Shown piece by piece: positions 23,429 through 32,000 of a stretch of DNA of 32,000 nt. The translations under genes were made by a program, and so were the position numbers. This DNA is from Candidatus Nitrospira inopinata (lineage in GTDB: Bacteria; Nitrospirota; Nitrospiria; Nitrospirales; Nitrospiraceae). The stretch lies in contig NZ_LN885086.1 in assembly GCF_001458695.1 (NCBI RefSeq), positions 1,620,001-1,652,000 of the forward strand. Direction: 5' to 3'. The notes under the pieces are model-generated. The model ran no database searches, was not told the DNA's origin, and worked only from the letters and a program-made list of their open reading frames with translations. Every line of letters begins with the position of its first letter. The first letter of the stretch is position 1.

Positions 23429-24195
23429 TTCCAGCGCGCGGATTCCACGACCCGATAAGTCAGAAACAGCATGAGCGCCAGCCCGCTCCCGAAGTACACG
23501 AGATCGGCCGTGTCGATCAGCCCCCGGACGAGGCGATCGTAGTGCTCCATGAAGGACAGGTAAGAGACGACACGGCCTGCCGTCGTGTCGCCGAGCAGGG
23601 CGCCCAATCCCGAAATGAGCCAGAAGGTCAACAGGGTGCCGAACCCGACGAAGGCGGCGACGATCTGGTTTTCGGTCAGCGCCGACGCGAAGAGCCCGAC
23701 GGATAAAAACAGGGCGCCCAGCAGGGCCATGCCCAGATAGCCGGTGAGCACCGGATTCCAGTCGAAGTCGCTGAACAGCATCAGGACGGTCGGGACCAGA
23801 CCGGTGAGCCCCAACAGGCCCAAGTAGATCAGCAACACGCTCATGAATTTGCCCGCCACGATTTCATGGATGCCGATGGGCGAGGTCAGCAGAAACTCGA
23901 ATGTGCGAAGCTTCCGTTCTTCCGCGAACAATCTCATGGTCAGAATGGGAAGGACGATCAAGAGGACGAACCGCATGCTGGCGAAGAGATTGCGAAAGAC
24001 CAGATCGTTCAGGTTGATCTGGGCCATGCCGCCCTGCAACTGCATCAACTGAATGGCCTGCGCGCCGGTGAACTTGACGTAAATGTACGCAAGAAATCCG
24101 AAGATGAACAAAAACACCGAGCCGACCACGTACACGATCGGCGAGACGAAATAGCCGCGCAGTTCCTTGGCGATGACGGCTTGCACGGGCGTCAT
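23425..24195 (-). CDS. ABC-2 type transporter permease
   Basis: Six predicted TM helices in about 256 aa. ATGA overlaps at both ends. Confidence 0.85.
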   Translation of the reverse strand: MTPVQAVIAKELRGYFVSPIVYVVGSVFLFIFGFLAYIYVKFTGAQAIQLMQLQGGMAQINLNDLVFRNLFASMRFVLLIVLPILTMRLFAEERKLRTFEFLLTSPIGIHEIVAGKFMSVLLIYLGLLGLTGLVPTVLMLFSDFDWNPVLTGYLGMALLGALFLSVGLFASALTENQIVAAFVGFGTLLTFWLISGLGALLGDTTAGRVVSYLSFMEHYDRLVRGLIDTADLVYFGSGLALMLFLTYRVVESARWK

Positions 24196-25193
24196 GGGGC
24201 GGTCTCCCGCGCGGATGGTCCCGGATCGGCTGCGACGACGGCCGCCGGTTCGGGCGGCTGCGACAGGCCTTCCTCATGGCGGGTGAGGCGGAGGAAGACG
24301 TCTTCGAGCGTCATCGAGACGGTTCTCAGCTCCAGCAGCCCCCACCCTCGGGACACGATGAAACGGGCGAGTTCGTCGCGCAGATCCTGTCCGAGCGCGC
24401 ACTCGACGAGGAAATTCCCGGCCCCTTGGCCCGGAAACACGTTCAAGACCCCCGGCATCGCGCGCAGGAGCTCCTCGCAATCCGCCGGAGGAGTCTTGAT
24501 GATCACCGAGATCTTTTCCGATTGCCGTAATCTTGCCGACAATTGCTCGGGCGTGTCTTCCGCGACGATGCGTCCCCCGTTGATGATGACGACCCGTTGG
24601 CAGACCGCGGTGGCCTCCGGCAGGATATGGGTGCTCAAAATCACGGAATGGGACCCCACCAGGCTCTTGATCAATTCCCGGATTTCGATGATTTGCTTCG
24701 GGTCGAGCCCGACGGTCGGCTCGTCCAGGATCAGCACCGGCGGGTCGTGCAAGAGGGCTTGGGCCAGTCCCACCCGTTGCCGATAGCCGCGGGATAAGTT
24801 GGCGATCAACCGGTGGCGGACCGACCCCAACTGAAGCCGCTCGACGGAGCGGTCGAGCGCCGAGGTCAAGGTTTGTCCCGTCAAGCCTCGCAGTCGCCCG
24901 ACGAAGGTCAGATATTCCGTCACCGTCAGCTCTTGATACACCGGAGGGGTTTCCGGCAGATAGCCGATGCGGCGTTTCACTTCCATCGGCTCGTTGAGGC
25001 AATCAAACCCCGCGACTCGCGCGGTTCCCTCCGTCGGAGGCATGAAACAGGTCAGGATCCTCATCGTGGTCGTTTTGCCGGCCCCGTTGGGGCCCAAGAA
25101 CGCCAGAACTTCGCCCTTGGCAACTGAAAACGTGACGCGGTCGATGGCCGTATGATGCCCGTACCGTTTCGTAATGTTCTGAACGTCGATCAT
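24192..25193 (-). CDS. ABC transporter ATP-binding protein
   Basis: Walker A GPNGAGKTT, signature LSRGYRQRV, Walker B VLILDEPT and the H-loop STHIL. Confidence 0.95.
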   Translation of the reverse strand: MIDVQNITKRYGHHTAIDRVTFSVAKGEVLAFLGPNGAGKTTTMRILTCFMPPTEGTARVAGFDCLNEPMEVKRRIGYLPETPPVYQELTVTEYLTFVGRLRGLTGQTLTSALDRSVERLQLGSVRHRLIANLSRGYRQRVGLAQALLHDPPVLILDEPTVGLDPKQIIEIRELIKSLVGSHSVILSTHILPEATAVCQRVVIINGGRIVAEDTPEQLSARLRQSEKISVIIKTPPADCEELLRAMPGVLNVFPGQGAGNFLVECALGQDLRDELARFIVSRGWGLLELRTVSMTLEDVFLRLTRHEEGLSQPPEPAAVVAADPGPSARETAP

Positions 25194-25602
25194 CGGTGCA
25201 GTGTCGGGGTGATCAAGGGCGGAGGATAACGATCTTGCAGCGTTCGATACACACTGAACGCACGGCCCACATCGGTCGAAGGGATCTTACTCAGTCTCTT
25301 GTGGGCAGTCAATATCGCGACGGAATCGTGACCGATCATCGTCGAGCGCGACACGTTCGTTCGGCGGTGGCCCCCAGATGAACTGCGGGAGTTGACTTCG
25401 CTCTCCGTTTCTTTTTATTACTAGAGCCGCACGTCCTTCCTTCGCAGCATCCCTGGACAGGTTGGTCGATCGAGTCTGGTCGCAGAACGGTTGTGTGTTC
25501 GTGAGCGACACAAGGGGCATGCGGAGAGGAACGGTCGGGCGAGTCGTCCGTTTCGAACGTGCGAGCGAGTTCATGGCCATCAATGGAGGCGCGGTGTTTC
25601 TG

Positions 25603-26280
25603 ATGCGTATGAGAGCACAAACGAGGTGTATTGGGCGGCCACTGATTCGAACGACTCTGGTGCTGGGGGCTCTGTCTTGTTTCTCGGTTGGCGCCTGCTC
25701 CTGGATGCCGACCGGCGAGAGCTTGCTGGACGTCGGGATCAAGGAGCGGGGCGTGGCGTCTTGGTATGGAGCGCAGTTTCACGGGAAAGTCACGGCGAGC
25801 GGGGAACGGTTCGACATGGGCGCCTTCACCGCGGCCCATCGGACACTGCCGTTGGGGAGCATGGTTCGGGTCGTCAATCTGGCGAACGGGAAACACGCGC
25901 GGGTGCGGATTACGGATCGGGGACCCTATGTGAACGGCAGGATTTTGGATCTCTCCTATGCGGCGGCCGTTCGGCTTGGAATGGTTGAGTCGGGACTCTC
26001 CGTCATCCAGCTTGAGGTCGTCGGCGATCGCAGGCCGGACTTCGTGCTCGACGCCGAGGAGCGAGAATGGCGCGTGCCGCCCCTTCTCCGTTCTTACAGG
26101 ACGGACGAGCCGCTTCGTGCGGTCGAATCGACGCCGGTTGCGCGGCGAGGTCGATCTCAGGATGCCCCACCCCACCCCTTTCCGCCTCATGATCTGCTCG
26201 TGCAACGGCGGTGGACCGAGAGAGCATGGGGAGGGGCCGCCGACCTTGCTTACCGAACCGCGACGACGCTGTTGCTGTGA
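25603..26280 (+). CDS. rlpA: RlpA-family septal ring lytic transglycosylase lipoprotein (DPBB domain)
   Basis: Lipobox ALSCFSVGAC. DPBB core GVASWYGAQFHGKVTASGERFDMGAFTAAHRTLPLGSMVRVVNLANGKHARVRITDRGPYVNGRILDLS. The start is approximate (25594 GTG or 25603 ATG). Confidence 0.85.
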   Translation: MRMRAQTRCIGRPLIRTTLVLGALSCFSVGACSWMPTGESLLDVGIKERGVASWYGAQFHGKVTASGERFDMGAFTAAHRTLPLGSMVRVVNLANGKHARVRITDRGPYVNGRILDLSYAAAVRLGMVESGLSVIQLEVVGDRRPDFVLDAEEREWRVPPLLRSYRTDEPLRAVESTPVARRGRSQDAPPHPFPPHDLLVQRRWTERAWGGAADLAYRTATTLLL

Positions 26281-26340
26281 CGCCATTGCCGCGTGTGCAT
26301 TGCCGCATGTGGATGAGTCGTCGAGAGATCGTCCGGCAGG

Positions 26341-26369
26341 TTGACAGCGGGAAATCTCTCTTCTAGACT
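26341..26369 (+). promoter_or_regulatory. Sigma-70-like promoter candidate: TTGACA-17 nt-TAGACT
   Basis: Consensus -35 at 26341-26346, a 17-nt spacer and a -10-like hexamer at 26364-26369. It lies about 80 nt upstream of the 26448 CDS. Confidence 0.4.
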
Positions 26370-26447
26370 GGCCCCTCCCTGCTCAGACTGAGCGGTCCGC
26401 GCGGGGGGAAGACGGCATGGCGAAGAGAATACAAAGGAGTTGACGGG

Positions 26448-26660
26448 ATGAAAAAGAAAGCCTCGCCGGACACGGAAGAGGTCCGGCTTAAGAAGAAAAT
26501 CGCCGAAAAACGCGCCGCCGGCGTCGATCCGGATGGAGCGGCGGCATTCAGGTCGCTTCGGAAACGCCTCAAACGGGCGCAACGCAAACGGCGCGTCCTT
26601 GCCATACGCAAAAAACAGGCGGCGGGCCGCCAAGGGGCGGAGGCGCCAGCCTCGTCCTAG
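26448..26660 (+). CDS. Small (70 aa) Lys/Arg-rich hypothetical protein
   Basis: ATG follows AAAGGAG (26433-26439). Highly basic helical sequence (KKKIAEKRAAG...RKRLKRAQRKRRVLAIRKKQ). No recognisable family. Confidence 0.5.
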   Translation: MKKKASPDTEEVRLKKKIAEKRAAGVDPDGAAAFRSLRKRLKRAQRKRRVLAIRKKQAAGRQGAEAPASS

Positions 26661-26723
26661 GGAATCGGGCGATCATTGCGTCGACCAGCCTCGGAAACGC
26701 AACGGAGACGCCCAACGGATACG

Positions 26724-27590
26724 ATGGAACGGAATCTCACGAACCATCCTGCAGACGAGCCTGCCGACGTGCCCGATCACGCGGCCTCTTCCGACTTTCC
26801 GGTCGGGGACGAGGGGAGGGATGGATCGTCGGTTGATCCGGTTGATCCGATGGACTTGCGGCAGCCGAGCGTCGGCGAAGACGCCGTCGGCGCGGAAGAA
26901 GTCGCGGGGCTCGAAGAAGAGCGGGTCAAGGACGAGATCGACATCCAGATCGACCTGCTCGGCGATCCGGACTGGGTGGTGCGCCGCGAGGCGGTGGTCA
27001 CCCTCGGCGAAATGGGCGACGAGCGTTGCGTCGAGCCGTTGGCCAAGGCGCTGCGCGACGGCGATTGGCAAGTGCGGGAAGCCGCCGTCGAGGCGATCGC
27101 GCAGGTCGGCTCTCCGGCCGTCGAATTGCTCATCAAACTGTTGCGGGATTGGGACATCCGCAAATACGCCATCCTGGCGCTCGGCAAGATCCGAGACGAA
27201 CGGGTTCTTGATCCCTTGATGCTCCAGCTCCGAAGCGACGAATTCAAGGACGACGCGATTCAGGCGTTGGTGGAACTCGGGGAGCCGGCCGTCGCGAGAC
27301 TGATCGGAGCGCTTCGCGACAAGGATGAAAACGTCCGTAAGAGCGCGGTGCTGGCTCTGGGCCGCATCAAGAGCGCGACGGCGATCGATCCGCTGATCGA
27401 CATGACCAAGGACGCCGATTGGTTTATCCGGTTGACCGCCGCCGCCGCGTTGGAATCCATCGGCGATGAGCGAGGGCGGGAGGCCATCAAACCCTTGCTC
27501 AAGGACTCCGACATGGTTGTGCGAATGAGGGTGGAGCGGATTCTGGCCAAGTGGAAGAAGCGGCCCGTTTCTCCGTCGGGCACCGCCTGA
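26724..27590 (+). CDS. HEAT-repeat (PBS-lyase HEAT-like) protein, cytoplasmic, with an acidic N-terminus
   Basis: Repeated D.VR..A..ALG.IGD..A...L units, such as DPDWVVRREAVVTLGEMGDERCVEPL and DKDENVRKSAVLALGRIKSATAIDPL. Confidence 0.8.
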   Translation: MERNLTNHPADEPADVPDHAASSDFPVGDEGRDGSSVDPVDPMDLRQPSVGEDAVGAEEVAGLEEERVKDEIDIQIDLLGDPDWVVRREAVVTLGEMGDERCVEPLAKALRDGDWQVREAAVEAIAQVGSPAVELLIKLLRDWDIRKYAILALGKIRDERVLDPLMLQLRSDEFKDDAIQALVELGEPAVARLIGALRDKDENVRKSAVLALGRIKSATAIDPLIDMTKDADWFIRLTAAAALESIGDERGREAIKPLLKDSDMVVRMRVERILAKWKKRPVSPSGTA

Positions 27591-27609
27591 TCGAACAACG
27601 CGCAAGACG

Positions 27610-28110
27610 CTACGTTTTGTTGAGCAACTGTTCCACGCTCCGCTGCCAATCGTCGAATTTCTTCAAGGGCACCGACTTTCCCCTGGCCAATTCGAGACGC
27701 GCCTCTCTGAGCGAGGTGGCGAGGTCAAGCAGGGTGTCGACCTCGGCGGAGTCCCGGCTTGCTTGAGACGATTGTTCTACGGCCTTGATGGCTTCGGCCA
27801 ATTTCCCGGCGGCGTCGCCGTAGTTCCGATCGAGAACATCGGTTTTGGCTTGGGCCAACTGCGATTGAGCGTCCACCAGCCCCTGTCGACGGCGATGGTC
27901 ACGTTCAATGCTTCGCGCGGCGCCCAACGCGCTTTGCGACAGGTTCTTGACCGATTGCCGGACTTCTCCGACCAGCTTCTCGGAAGCCGCCAACCGCTTC
28001 GAAAGGTCCGACACTGTTTTCTCAAGCGTGCCGACGGGGCGTTGTCCCACGTAATAGCCCGCGCCGAACGATGCGGCGAGGAGAAACAGCACGATCAAGA
28101 ATTTGAACAT
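27610..28110 (-). CDS. Membrane-anchored coiled-coil hypothetical protein
   Basis: N-terminal TM helix MFKFLIVLFLLAASFGAGYYV, then a helical Ala/Glu/Gln/Arg-rich region. It lies 12 nt downstream of the HEAT gene on the same strand. Confidence 0.65.
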   Translation of the reverse strand: MFKFLIVLFLLAASFGAGYYVGQRPVGTLEKTVSDLSKRLAASEKLVGEVRQSVKNLSQSALGAARSIERDHRRRQGLVDAQSQLAQAKTDVLDRNYGDAAGKLAEAIKAVEQSSQASRDSAEVDTLLDLATSLREARLELARGKSVPLKKFDDWQRSVEQLLNKT

Positions 28111-28122
28111 ACCGCGCGACCC

Positions 28123-29526
28123 TTATCGCCGTCCCCGGGGAGGCTTTTGGTCCAACTGCCGAAGGATGCTTGTCGCGGCTGCGATACGAACCGTGTCATC
28201 GGCGTCCCGCAGGGCTTTGAGCAGGGCCGGTAGGGGCGCGGTCGAAACGTTTCCCAGCGCCTTGGCCGCCATCAGCCGTGGGAACGGTTGCCGGTCTTGA
28301 AGCAAGGTTTCAAGCGCCTCGATGGCCCGTTTATCCGACGTCAGGCTGAGGGCCTGAGCGACGGCGCCTCGAACGGAGGGGTCTGCGTGTCGAGCCAGGT
28401 CTATCGCGAGGGGGATGGCCGAGGCGTCTCCCAGGCGAAGGAGCCCTTCCACGGCGCCGGCGCGAACCTGCCAACTGGCGTCCCTCGTCAAGGCTTGGAG
28501 CACGGGACGATTGTCTTGAACACCCGCTTTCCCCAAACTGGCGGCGGCAATGCCGCGAACCATGGCGCTCTCGTCTCCTATGGCGTGGAGCAGGGGGGCG
28601 ACTCCCTCCGGAGAGCCGAACTCTCCCAGCGCTCCGGCGGCAAAGGCCCGCACGGCCGGAAGAGGATCATACACGGCTCGGCTGAGGATCGCCAGGCTGG
28701 AATGATGTTTCAGGCGGCCGAGCGCGCCGATCGCCGCCATGCGGAGGTCGGGGTCTGGCAGGGTGGCCGCGCCGGAGATGTCGCTCAGTTTGTCGGTGCG
28801 GCCCATGCGGTACAGCGCGGCGTAGGCGAAGATCGATTCGGGCCCGTCTTCCTTGCGGCTGATTTCCAGGAGTTTCGGAATCACGTCCTCGGCCTTGGCC
28901 TCGCCGAGCGCGTTAATGGCGGCGATGCGGACGGTCGGCGCCGGATCCGCCAGCGCCCGCCGCGGCGCCCTCGATCGCCGGGCCAAGCCGGCCTTTCCCA
29001 TCGCTTCGACCGCCCTCGCCCGTACGGCGATGGAGGAATCAAGAAGCCCGTCTTCCAAAATCGGCTCGGTCTCCGGAAGACCCAGCTCCGCCAGGGCGGT
29101 ATAGGCCGCGACGCGGACGGGTTCCTTTCGGTCGCGCACGTGGCCGGTGACGACCGCCAGCGCCAAGGGGCGGAGCAGTGAAACGTCATGGGGGCGTCCG
29201 GGACCGACCAACCGGTCGTAGATCGGCAAGGCGTCGCTCGGACGGCCGAGGCGGACGTAGCTCATGAGCGAGAGGCGCAGAAACTCTTTGGGGAGCTCCG
29301 TTCCAGGAGGTTGAGTTTGGTAGAGCGCCGTCACGGCGGCGTAATCCCCCGCCTTGTAGAGTTCCTTGGCGGTCGACTCGATGGTGGAAGGCGTCGCGAC
29401 GGCCGCCGGAGCGACGGCCGTGAGCCAGAGCAGAGTAAAAAGCCGGAGCCATGACGAGGACGGATGCCGGACCGCTTCCTTCTTGTCGGATGGACGACGG
29501 TGTCCCTCGCCGCGCGCCGTTACCAT
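28123..29526 (-). CDS. Secreted or periplasmic HEAT-repeat protein
   Basis: Start ATG 29526 sits in ATGGTAA, which overlaps the glgP stop. Signal-like WLRLFTLLWLTAVAPAAVA. Multiple HEAT-like units (DPSVRGAVAQAL, DDTVRIAAATSIL, APTVRIAAINALG). Confidence 0.8.
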   Translation of the reverse strand: MVTARGEGHRRPSDKKEAVRHPSSSWLRLFTLLWLTAVAPAAVATPSTIESTAKELYKAGDYAAVTALYQTQPPGTELPKEFLRLSLMSYVRLGRPSDALPIYDRLVGPGRPHDVSLLRPLALAVVTGHVRDRKEPVRVAAYTALAELGLPETEPILEDGLLDSSIAVRARAVEAMGKAGLARRSRAPRRALADPAPTVRIAAINALGEAKAEDVIPKLLEISRKEDGPESIFAYAALYRMGRTDKLSDISGAATLPDPDLRMAAIGALGRLKHHSSLAILSRAVYDPLPAVRAFAAGALGEFGSPEGVAPLLHAIGDESAMVRGIAAASLGKAGVQDNRPVLQALTRDASWQVRAGAVEGLLRLGDASAIPLAIDLARHADPSVRGAVAQALSLTSDKRAIEALETLLQDRQPFPRLMAAKALGNVSTAPLPALLKALRDADDTVRIAAATSILRQLDQKPPRGRR

Positions 29527-31679
29527 GCCGAAGGCGCGCGGCGCGTGGCCGGCGCGTACATCATTCCCACGTAGTCTTTCACCATGCGGGTCGTGCAAAA
29601 TTGCGGGGGGATCGTCCGGATACATTCTTTGACCATCTGAATCCAGCCGCGAGGAATGCCGTCGCGATCGCGCTGGTAAAAGAGCGGAACCACTTCCTGC
29701 TCCAAAACGCGATAGAGTTGTTCCGCGTCATGGCGGTCCTGGGCCACGGTGGTTTCGTTTTCCGGCAACGGTTGGATACCCCAGCCGTTGGCTCCGTTGT
29801 ATCCCTCGGCCCACCAGCCGTCGAGCACGCTCAGATTCAAGACCCCGTTTAAGGCCGCCTTCATCCCGCTGGTTCCGCTGGCTTCCAAGGGAAAGCGTGG
29901 GGTGTTGAGCCAGACGTCCACCCCCTGGACCAGAAATTTCGCCATGTGCATGTCGTAATCTTCCAGGAACGCGATGTGCCCGCCCAATTTATGGTCATGG
30001 CAGTAGGACAGAACCTCGTGAATGAAATACCGTCCCGGCTCATCGGCCGGGTGGGCCTTGCCCGCGAACACCAATTGAACCGGGCGCCACCGATCCTGGA
30101 GCAGGCACTTTAACCGGTCCAGATCCTGGAAAATCAATGTCGCCCGCTTATAAGTCGCGAACCGTCTGGCAAAGCCGATCGTCAGCGCCTCCGGGTCCAG
30201 CAATGTTCCCCGGCTCAGCACCTGCGACGGCTCGAGTCGACCCTGGATCCAGCCGGCCCTGGCCCGTTCGCGGATAAAACTCATGAGTTTCCGCTTCATG
30301 ATTTGACGGACGGTCCACAATTCGTGGTCCGGGACGTCCATGACGCGCTGCCACATGGCCGGATCGTCGCAACCGGTCGTCCAGGTCGGGCTGAGCCATT
30401 TGCCGTATAACCGGTGCATCTCGGGAGCGACCCAGGTGGAGGCGTGAACGCCGTTGGTGATGCTGCGGATGGGAACGTGCTCGGCCGGCAGTCCCGGCCA
30501 GAAGTGCCGCCACATTTCCCGCGTGACGCGCCCGTGCTCTCGGCTGACACCGTTGACGTGGGCCGACAGCCGCATGGCCAGGGCGGTCATATTGAAACCG
30601 CGATCACGCGATTCCGGGGTCTCGCCGAGTCGAAGGAATTCCTCCCGCGAGAGGCCGAGCTGCTTCCAATAGCCCGCGAAATAGCGATCCATCAATTGAT
30701 GAGGGAAGACGTCGTGCCCGGCCGGCACCGGCGTATGGGTCGTGAAGACGGTACGTTGCCGGACCAGCTCGTTGGCCTCGTCGTGAGACAGACCGCTTTG
30801 CACGAATTCGCGCAACAGTTCCAACATCAGAAAGGCCGAATGGCCTTCGTTCGCGTGCCAGACCGAAGGCGTCATCCCCAATGCGCGCAGCATGCGCACG
30901 CCTCCGATGCCCAGGAGAATTTCCTGACACAGTCGTATTTCCTGATCGCCGCCGTACAGCCGCGCCGACAGCGCGCGGTCTTCGGGGCTGTTGTCCGGCA
31001 CGTCCGTGTCGATCAGGAAGAGCGGCAGTCGTCCGACCAACAGCTTCCAGACCATGGAAGTGACGCGGCGTTCTCCCATTTCGACCGTAAAGCGGCAGAT
31101 CTCGCCGGACGGCGTACGAGCCGGATGAACGGGTGATTCGTCGCGAGCGAAGGGCGCATAGGTCGCTTCTTGCCATCCCTCCGGCGTGAGACGTTGACGG
31201 AAGTATCCCTGCGGGTACATGAATCCCACCCCGATGAGGGGTACGCCGAGATCGCTGGCTTCCTTGCAATGGTCCCCGGCCAAGATGCCGAGACCTCCGC
31301 TGTAGATCGGAACGGACGTATGGAGGCCGAATTCGGCGGAAAAATAAGCGATCGTCGCGCTCGTCATGTCCGGCTGATGGACGCCGCACCAACTCGTCTT
31401 GTCGGCCAGGTAATCATCGAACAAGCGGAACACCGCCGAATAACGGCGGAGAAACGAAGGGTCTTCCGCCAACTGGATCAACCGGTCCGGCTTCACCTCG
31501 GCCAGCAGTTTGACGGGATTGTGGTGCGTGTACAGCCACAGTGTTGGATCGATCGTTTCGAACAATTGGCGTGCCTCAAGGGTCCAGCTCCACCAGAGGT
31601 TCTGCGCCAGCTCGTTCAGACGACCGAGGTTCGGCGGCAGGCGGACAGGAAAACCGTTGGTCGAAGCTGAAGTCTCCAC
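29520..31679 (-). CDS. glgP: Alpha-glucan (glycogen/maltodextrin) phosphorylase, GT35 family
   Basis: GTG start 31679 after AAAGGAG. Motifs LAQNLWWSW, YFSAEFG, GGLGILAGD and the PLP-site motif EASGTSGMKAALNG. Confidence 0.95.
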   Translation of the reverse strand: METSASTNGFPVRLPPNLGRLNELAQNLWWSWTLEARQLFETIDPTLWLYTHHNPVKLLAEVKPDRLIQLAEDPSFLRRYSAVFRLFDDYLADKTSWCGVHQPDMTSATIAYFSAEFGLHTSVPIYSGGLGILAGDHCKEASDLGVPLIGVGFMYPQGYFRQRLTPEGWQEATYAPFARDESPVHPARTPSGEICRFTVEMGERRVTSMVWKLLVGRLPLFLIDTDVPDNSPEDRALSARLYGGDQEIRLCQEILLGIGGVRMLRALGMTPSVWHANEGHSAFLMLELLREFVQSGLSHDEANELVRQRTVFTTHTPVPAGHDVFPHQLMDRYFAGYWKQLGLSREEFLRLGETPESRDRGFNMTALAMRLSAHVNGVSREHGRVTREMWRHFWPGLPAEHVPIRSITNGVHASTWVAPEMHRLYGKWLSPTWTTGCDDPAMWQRVMDVPDHELWTVRQIMKRKLMSFIRERARAGWIQGRLEPSQVLSRGTLLDPEALTIGFARRFATYKRATLIFQDLDRLKCLLQDRWRPVQLVFAGKAHPADEPGRYFIHEVLSYCHDHKLGGHIAFLEDYDMHMAKFLVQGVDVWLNTPRFPLEASGTSGMKAALNGVLNLSVLDGWWAEGYNGANGWGIQPLPENETTVAQDRHDAEQLYRVLEQEVVPLFYQRDRDGIPRGWIQMVKECIRTIPPQFCTTRMVKDYVGMMYAPATRRAPSAW

Positions 31680-31760
31680 GCTGGCTCCTTTGAAGTTGAG
31701 GTTAACAGTCAGGTCGTTCGTGGGGCGGCGAAGCCGGTTTCTCGCGCATGGGAAACGGCA

Positions 31761-32000
31761 TCAGGCGTGGCCGGCCCGTTGCGTCGATGCCCATTGCTCC
31801 GAGCATGCCACGGCGGCGCACCGTTCGCCAACGATTTTCGCGACTCGGTTCAGCAGGGTGGTGAGTTGCCGGAGTTCGTCGGGGGTCAGATCTTCCCGGA
31901 ATCGGGGGTGCAGTCCCCAACGGGTTTCGATGACGTCGCGGGATATGCTGGACACCATGCTGATCAGTTTGATGTCCCGGCCGGTGGTGCGTTGCCGGTC
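31761..32000 (-). CDS. Probable MarR-type transcriptional regulator, C-terminal fragment (5' end outside the window)
   Basis: The frame is open to the window edge: DRQRTTGRDIKLISMVSSISRDVIETRWGLHPRFREDLTPDELRQLTTLLNRVAKIV. This resembles the wing/dimerisation C-terminus of MarR-family proteins, based on weak recognition only. Confidence 0.4.
   Translation of the reverse strand, partial: DRQRTTGRDIKLISMVSSISRDVIETRWGLHPRFREDLTPDELRQLTTLLNRVAKIVGERCAAVACSEQWASTQRAGHA

Noticed and set aside
21635-24786. Plus-strand ORFs (21635-22747, 22008-22685, 22784-23458, 23866-24786) antisense to the DUF4340, GldG and ABC-2 operon
   Set aside because: All are Arg/Gly/Asp-rich antisense frames. The minus-strand genes have Walker motifs, TM patterns and ATGA coupling.
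25336-31136. Antisense ORFs 25336-26286 (-), 26673-27605 (-), 28288-29181 (+), 30414-31136 (+) and 30604-31392 (-)
   Set aside because: They overlap well-supported rlpA, HEAT-repeat and glgP frames. Their compositions are typical of GC-rich off-frame translation.
31690-31712. TGTTAAC-CTCA-ACTTCAA on the minus strand just upstream of the glgP SD
   Set aside because: It resembles the Pho-box-like repeat, but the second half is degenerate and it directly abuts the SD. There is not enough evidence to add glgP to the putative regulon.
1-32000. Mobile elements, CRISPR arrays, tRNA or rRNA genes, toxin-antitoxin or defence systems
   Set aside because: I saw no transposase or integrase motifs, no regularly spaced repeat array, no tRNA-like cloverleaf candidates in the intergenic regions and no recognisable defence-gene motifs. 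The window looks like core or accessory metabolic chromosome.

Overview
GC-rich chromosomal segment from a diderm bacterium, judged from an outer-membrane porin, ExbD/TonB, RlpA and lipoprotein or Sec signal peptides. Genes are tightly packed, with strong AGGAGG-type Shine-Dalgarno sites and several ATGA start/stop overlaps. I saw no rRNA, tRNA, CRISPR array, transposase, integrase or phage genes. About 30 CDS are supportable, in five blocks. (1) 1-8119: exbD-tonB, then an envelope and phosphate-capture block. It holds two secreted proteins with C-terminal VPxP/TM/basic tails, an enlarged Cys-rich PstS-like protein, an OprO/P-type phosphate porin and a conventional PstS. No pstCAB is present. 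(2) 8337-14393: an orphan OmpR/PhoB-type regulator with a degenerate receiver, a CBS-pair protein, and a GT4 glycosyltransferase. Converging on the GT4 gene is an operon of a PlcP/LpxH-family metallophosphoesterase, a membrane-anchored class-III aminotransferase fused to an Mpo1-like (DUF962) domain, and possibly a 29-aa hydrophobic micro-ORF. (3) 14795-20493: alpha/beta hydrolase, two TatT-like TPR proteins and a TRAP transporter (a TPAT-type system). (4) 20522-25193: a standard ABC-2/GldG/DUF4340 operon. (5) 25603-32000: rlpA, two HEAT-repeat proteins, a coiled-coil membrane protein, an alpha-glucan phosphorylase and a partial regulator. The most interesting signal is a putative phosphate-starvation neighbourhood. 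A recurring 7-4-7 direct repeat (nnKTAAC-N4-nnKTAAC, Pho-box geometry) precedes the porin, pstS, the regulator, a secreted protein and the plcP-like operon. The lipid-remodelling-type operon contains the unassigned TM/aminotransferase/Mpo1-like fusion enzyme. All functional calls come from motif recognition by eye. No database search was run.
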